Positions 60,210 through 64,000 of a stretch of 64,000 nt of DNA are shown one piece after another. How positions within the stretch are numbered: the first letter of the stretch is position 1; every line of letters starts with the position of its first letter. The notes beneath the pieces were generated by a model that had not been told where the DNA came from, did not search any database, and worked only from the letters and a program-made list of their open reading frames with translations. A program made the translations under genes and the position numbers. Source of the DNA: Vicinamibacteria bacterium (GTDB taxonomy: Bacteria > Acidobacteriota > Vicinamibacteria > Marinacidobacterales > Marinacidobacteraceae); assembly GCA_963668695.2 (NCBI GenBank), contig CAXXLQ010000004.1:1760001-1824000 (forward strand). The letters run 5' to 3'.

Positions 60210-63106
60210 CGCAGACAATGCCCTCCGACTACCGGGCGATCCACCGGGAGAACGAACGCCGCTACGGGACGGGGGTCCGGGACTACGGAGACAAGCTGCT
60301 GCCGCACCGCTACGGCGACCGCACCCACTTCATCTACGAACTCCTGCAGAACGCGGAGGACGCGCTCGCGCGGCGGCAGGCCTGGACCGGTCCTCGCTCC
60401 GTCCAGTTCCACCTCAGCCCGGGGAACGCCGCCAGTTCTCCCGGTGGGGGCCTCCAGACCGGCACCGCGGGCCACCGGCCCGCGAAACGGGCAGCGCCGT
60501 CCGGCAGGATGATGCCGGCTGCAGCCGAGCTGCGGGTCCGCCATTTCGGCCTTCCGTTCGACGAAGCCGACGTGCGGAGCATCTGCGGCATTGGAGAGAG
60601 CACCAAGGATCCGGGGTTCACCGAGATCGGTCGCTTCGGCATTGGCTTCAAGTCGGTGTACGCCTTCACCGACCGGCCCGAAGTGCATTCCGGCGGGGAG
60701 AATTTCGCCATCGAGCACTACGTGCTGCCGGTGGCGGCGCCCGCGCTGGTCCCCCGCGCCGCGGACGAGACTGTTTTCCTGCTCCCGCTCCGGGGACTCG
60801 CCGACGCCGGCGAGATCCGGCAGGCGGTGCGGCGCCTCGCGCCCCGCGCTCTCCTTTTCCTTCGCGAGATCGAGGAGATCGAGTGGCGGGTCGCGGACGG
60901 CGCCTCGGGCCTCTACCTGCGCGAGACGTCCTCGGCGGACGACGGAGTGCGGCGAGTGAAGCTCGTGGGGGAGGCCGAAGGCCACCGGGAGACCGAACAG
61001 ACCTGGCTGGTGTTCGCACGGGCGGTGCCGGGCCCGCCGCGAGGCGTCGAGCGCCACGTGGAAGTGGCCTTCCGCCTCGGCGAGGAAGGCCGTCCGGAGC
61101 CAGTGCCGGAGCGGGATACGCCGCTCTTCGCGTTTTTCCCCACGACCCTCCCGACGGGTCTTCGATTTCGGGTGCAGGGCCCGTTCCGAACCACTCTGGC
61201 GCGGGACAACGTGCCTCTCGGCGACCCGTGGAACGAAGGCCTCGTCGCGGCGACCGCCGAAGTCCTGACGGGTGCGCTTCGCTGGCTGCGCGATCACAAC
61301 CTTCTCGACGCCACGACGCTCCGGTCGCTGCCGCTCGGCCGCGACCGGTTGCTCGACGGCGCGCTGTTCGCGCCCCTCCGTGAGGCGGTCTCGGCGGCGC
61401 TCCGCCGGGAGCCGCTCCTGCCGCGCTTCGACGGCGGCTTCGTGCCGGGGGAGCGCGCCCGTCTGGCAAGCCCCCGGTGGCTCCGCGACCTCTTCGGGCC
61501 GGAACAGTTGGCCGCGCTCTTCAGGGACGCCGGTGGCGCCGAGTGGCTCACCGACGAGGTGTCGGCAGGGCGCACCGACGAGCTGAGCCGCGTTCTCCAG
61601 GATGAGGTGGGGGTGAGGCCCCTCCGGCTCGACGGCGTTCTCCGCCGTCTGGACGCCGATTTCCTGGAGGCGCAGAGCGAAAGCTGGATTCGGGGGCTCT
61701 ACGAAGCCTTCGGCGAGCACGGCGTGCGGGGCGCCCGGGTCGCCGATCTCCCACTGGTCCGGCTACAGGACGGCGTCCACGTCCCGGCCTTCGTGGAAGG
61801 CCGCCCCGCCGCGTTTCTGCCGGGTCCGCCGGGCGGGGCGCCCACCGATCTGCCCCTCGTCCACGACGACGTCCTCGATTCGCCGGAGGCCGGTAAGTAC
61901 CTGCGCGACCTCGGGCTCCAGGCGCTCGATCCGGTGGAACTGGCGCTCCGCCGGGCGCTCTCGAAGTACCGGTCGGGCCCGGCCGTCTCGGACGAAGCCG
62001 ACTACGCCCGGGACATCGGTGAACTGGCCCGGGCGTATCGGGCCGGTTCGCTGCCCGGGCGCCGCCGGCTCGAAAAGGAGCTGCGGCGGCTGCGCTTCGT
62101 GAGGACGGTGGACGCGAGGGGTGGCCGCCGCCGGCTTTCCCGGCCGGGAGACGCCTTCTACGCGACCGGCCCTCAAAAGGACCTCTTCGGAGGCCTGCCG
62201 GCGGTGCGGTTCGTGGACGACGGTTGTCCGGCGCTCGACGAGGAAGGCGCCCGTCATTTGATGTACGCGTGCGGCGCCCGCCCGCTGCTCGAACCTTTCG
62301 AGGAAAGGCCGACGCTCGCGGACGAAGACCGGGAGGAGATCCGCAGCCGGACGCGGCGTGCCGACCCGGAGGGCGGCATCGCCTGCATCGAAGACTGGAA
62401 CCTCCGGGGACTCGACCCGCTGCTCGCGGGGGTCGTCCGAATGTCACCCGACGAACAGGCGCGGCGCCGGGAGATGCTCCGGCGGGAGTTGGAGGAGCTT
62501 TCCGGCATTCACGACCTCGCGGTCCGTTCGGGGAAGTACCAATGCGACGCGCGCGACGGGTCGCAGGTCTCCGTGCAGGTCCCGGCCGCCTGGATGCGCC
62601 GCCTCACGCGCAGCGCCTGGGCTCCCGAGGCGCGGCCGCTGGTCCAGATCGGCCCGTCCGAGCCTGGCCGCCGGGGTCGGGGCCCGGCGCCGGTCGAAGT
62701 GCGTCCCGGCGCCGGCGGCGGAGTGGACCGCCCCGATGAGGAGGAACGAGAGCGTCGCCTCGCGGTGGAGAGTCAGGCGATCGCCCTCATCCTGGAACGG
62801 GAACGCTGGGTCCGCGCCGCGGAGGACAACCCGGGTTTCGACCTCTACCGTGAGGATGCGACCGGGCAGAAGACCCTGCTCTGCGAAGTGAAGGCGCTCA
62901 GCGGCACGCTCGAAGAGCACCCGGCCCGACTCACCCCGAACGAACTCCGCCGCGCGCTCGAATACGGCGAGAACTACTGGCTGTACATCGTGGAGGACCT
63001 GGCCGGCGACAACCCGCGCATCCTGCGCATCCGGAATCCGGCGGGCGCCGCGGCCCGCTTCGCCTTCGGTCCGGAGTGGCGGGATAGGACACAGCCACCG
63101 CCGTAG
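60206..63106 (+). CDS. Sacsin-like GHKL ATPase with C-terminal DUF3883 (NOV-C) nuclease-like domain
   Basis: HFIYELLQNAEDA, IGRFGIGFKSVY, C-terminal NPGFD...EVK...LTPNE...YWLYIV. Confidence 0.82.
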   Translation: MTQTMPSDYRAIHRENERRYGTGVRDYGDKLLPHRYGDRTHFIYELLQNAEDALARRQAWTGPRSVQFHLSPGNAASSPGGGLQTGTAGHRPAKRAAPSGRMMPAAAELRVRHFGLPFDEADVRSICGIGESTKDPGFTEIGRFGIGFKSVYAFTDRPEVHSGGENFAIEHYVLPVAAPALVPRAADETVFLLPLRGLADAGEIRQAVRRLAPRALLFLREIEEIEWRVADGASGLYLRETSSADDGVRRVKLVGEAEGHRETEQTWLVFARAVPGPPRGVERHVEVAFRLGEEGRPEPVPERDTPLFAFFPTTLPTGLRFRVQGPFRTTLARDNVPLGDPWNEGLVAATAEVLTGALRWLRDHNLLDATTLRSLPLGRDRLLDGALFAPLREAVSAALRREPLLPRFDGGFVPGERARLASPRWLRDLFGPEQLAALFRDAGGAEWLTDEVSAGRTDELSRVLQDEVGVRPLRLDGVLRRLDADFLEAQSESWIRGLYEAFGEHGVRGARVADLPLVRLQDGVHVPAFVEGRPAAFLPGPPGGAPTDLPLVHDDVLDSPEAGKYLRDLGLQALDPVELALRRALSKYRSGPAVSDEADYARDIGELARAYRAGSLPGRRRLEKELRRLRFVRTVDARGGRRRLSRPGDAFYATGPQKDLFGGLPAVRFVDDGCPALDEEGARHLMYACGARPLLEPFEERPTLADEDREEIRSRTRRADPEGGIACIEDWNLRGLDPLLAGVVRMSPDEQARRREMLRRELEELSGIHDLAVRSGKYQCDARDGSQVSVQVPAAWMRRLTRSAWAPEARPLVQIGPSEPGRRGRGPAPVEVRPGAGGGVDRPDEEERERRLAVESQAIALILERERWVRAAEDNPGFDLYREDATGQKTLLCEVKALSGTLEEHPARLTPNELRRALEYGENYWLYIVEDLAGDNPRILRIRNPAGAAARFAFGPEWRDRTQPPP

Positions 63107-63130
63107 CCGCCGGGAGAACAAGGTCCATCA

Positions 63131-64000
63131 ATGCCGCTATCGCCGGGAACGCCGCCAGTTCTCCCGGTGGGGGCCTTCAGACCGTCATCGCCGCCGCAGG
63201 CGGCGCAACCACGCCCGTCCGATCTCTGCGCCACTCCGGCGACCGAACTCGCCCGCCGCATCGCCGGCCGCGAGGTCTCGGCGGTCGAGGTGATGAAGGC
63301 GCACCTCGCCCGGATTCATGACGTCAACCCGCGCCTGAATGCGATCGTCACGCTCCTCCCGGAGGAGGGGCTGCTCGCGGAAGCGGAGAATGCCGACCGG
63401 GCGGTGGCGGCGGGCGACCCGCTCGGGCCGCTCCACGGGCTCCCCGTCGCCCACAAGGACCTGACCCTCACCCGCGGGATCCGGACGACCTTCGGGTCCC
63501 CGATCTTTGCCGACTTCGTCCCCGAGGAGGACGCGCTGATCGTGGAGCGCCTGCGCGCGGCGGGCGCGATCACCATCGGCAAGACGAACACCCCGGAGTT
63601 CGGTGCCGGCTCGCAGACTTTCAACCCTGTCTTCGGCCCCACCAGGAACCCCTGGGACGAGACGAAGACCTGCGGGGGGAGCAGCGGGGGCGCCGCGGTG
63701 GCGCTCGCGACCGGGATGGTCCCGATCGCCGACGGCAGCGACTACGGCGGCTCGCTCCGCAACCCGGCGAGCTTCTGCGGGGTCGTTGGCCTCAGGCCCT
63801 CGCCCGGCCGGGTTCCGGTGTGGCCCAACGAGACCCCCTGGTACCCGGTCCCGGTGCAGGGGCCGATGGCGCGGAGCGCCGCCGACGCCGCCCTCATGCT
63901 GAGCGCCATCGCGGGGCCGGATCCCCGGGCGCCGCTTTCGTTGCCGGATCCGGGCGAGGTCTTCCGGCGCCCGCTCGACCGGGACTTTCGGGATGTCCGG
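63131..64000 (+). CDS. Amidase (AS family), partial; N-terminus includes a REP+21-mer
   Basis: GPLHGLPVAHKD, GKTNTPEFG, CGGSSGG, GSDYGGSLRNPA; runs off the window end. Confidence 0.9.
   Translation, partial: MPLSPGTPPVLPVGAFRPSSPPQAAQPRPSDLCATPATELARRIAGREVSAVEVMKAHLARIHDVNPRLNAIVTLLPEEGLLAEAENADRAVAAGDPLGPLHGLPVAHKDLTLTRGIRTTFGSPIFADFVPEEDALIVERLRAAGAITIGKTNTPEFGAGSQTFNPVFGPTRNPWDETKTCGGSSGGAAVALATGMVPIADGSDYGGSLRNPASFCGVVGLRPSPGRVPVWPNETPWYPVPVQGPMARSAADAALMLSAIAGPDPRAPLSLPDPGEVFRRPLDRDFRDVR

Noticed and set aside
60415-60526. CAGCC direct repeat as the target duplication of the REP insert in the sacsin-like gene
   Set aside because: The 107-bp spacing is not a multiple of three although the frame is preserved, so it is probably chance.

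Overview
High-GC bacterial chromosomal window. The gene content (Oar-like TonB receptor, GWxTD protein, DUF1592/DUF1552/ankyrin/NHL cluster) suggests Acidobacteriota; this is an inference. It carries housekeeping genes (ctaA, cyoE, ccmE-F-H-A-B, gltA, ispG, pxpA, a pxpB-C fusion, msrP, a pgi-like gene and an unannotated 28-aa ribosomal protein bTHX). It also has two IS elements (IS1634, IS256), three toxin-antitoxin-type pairs (brnT broken by a nonsense codon), an AlbA_2/GHKL gene flanked by palindromic boxes, and a sacsin-like ATPase/DUF3883 gene. The most unusual signal is a three-tier nested repeat system. (1) REP-like hairpins are dispersed through the window. (2) Eight 170-290 bp TA-flanked MITE-like elements have ends that covary within each copy, with a strong strand-specific G.T/G.U bias; four sit inside the 5' ends of genes. 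(3) A non-palindromic 21-mer, GCCCCCACCGGGAGAACTGGC (about 27 copies by hand count), occurs only inside repeats 1 and 2, at many different positions and in both orientations. It usually replaces 3 bp (net +18 bp) and has no stop codon in any frame. All protein calls come from motif recognition by eye; no database searches were run.
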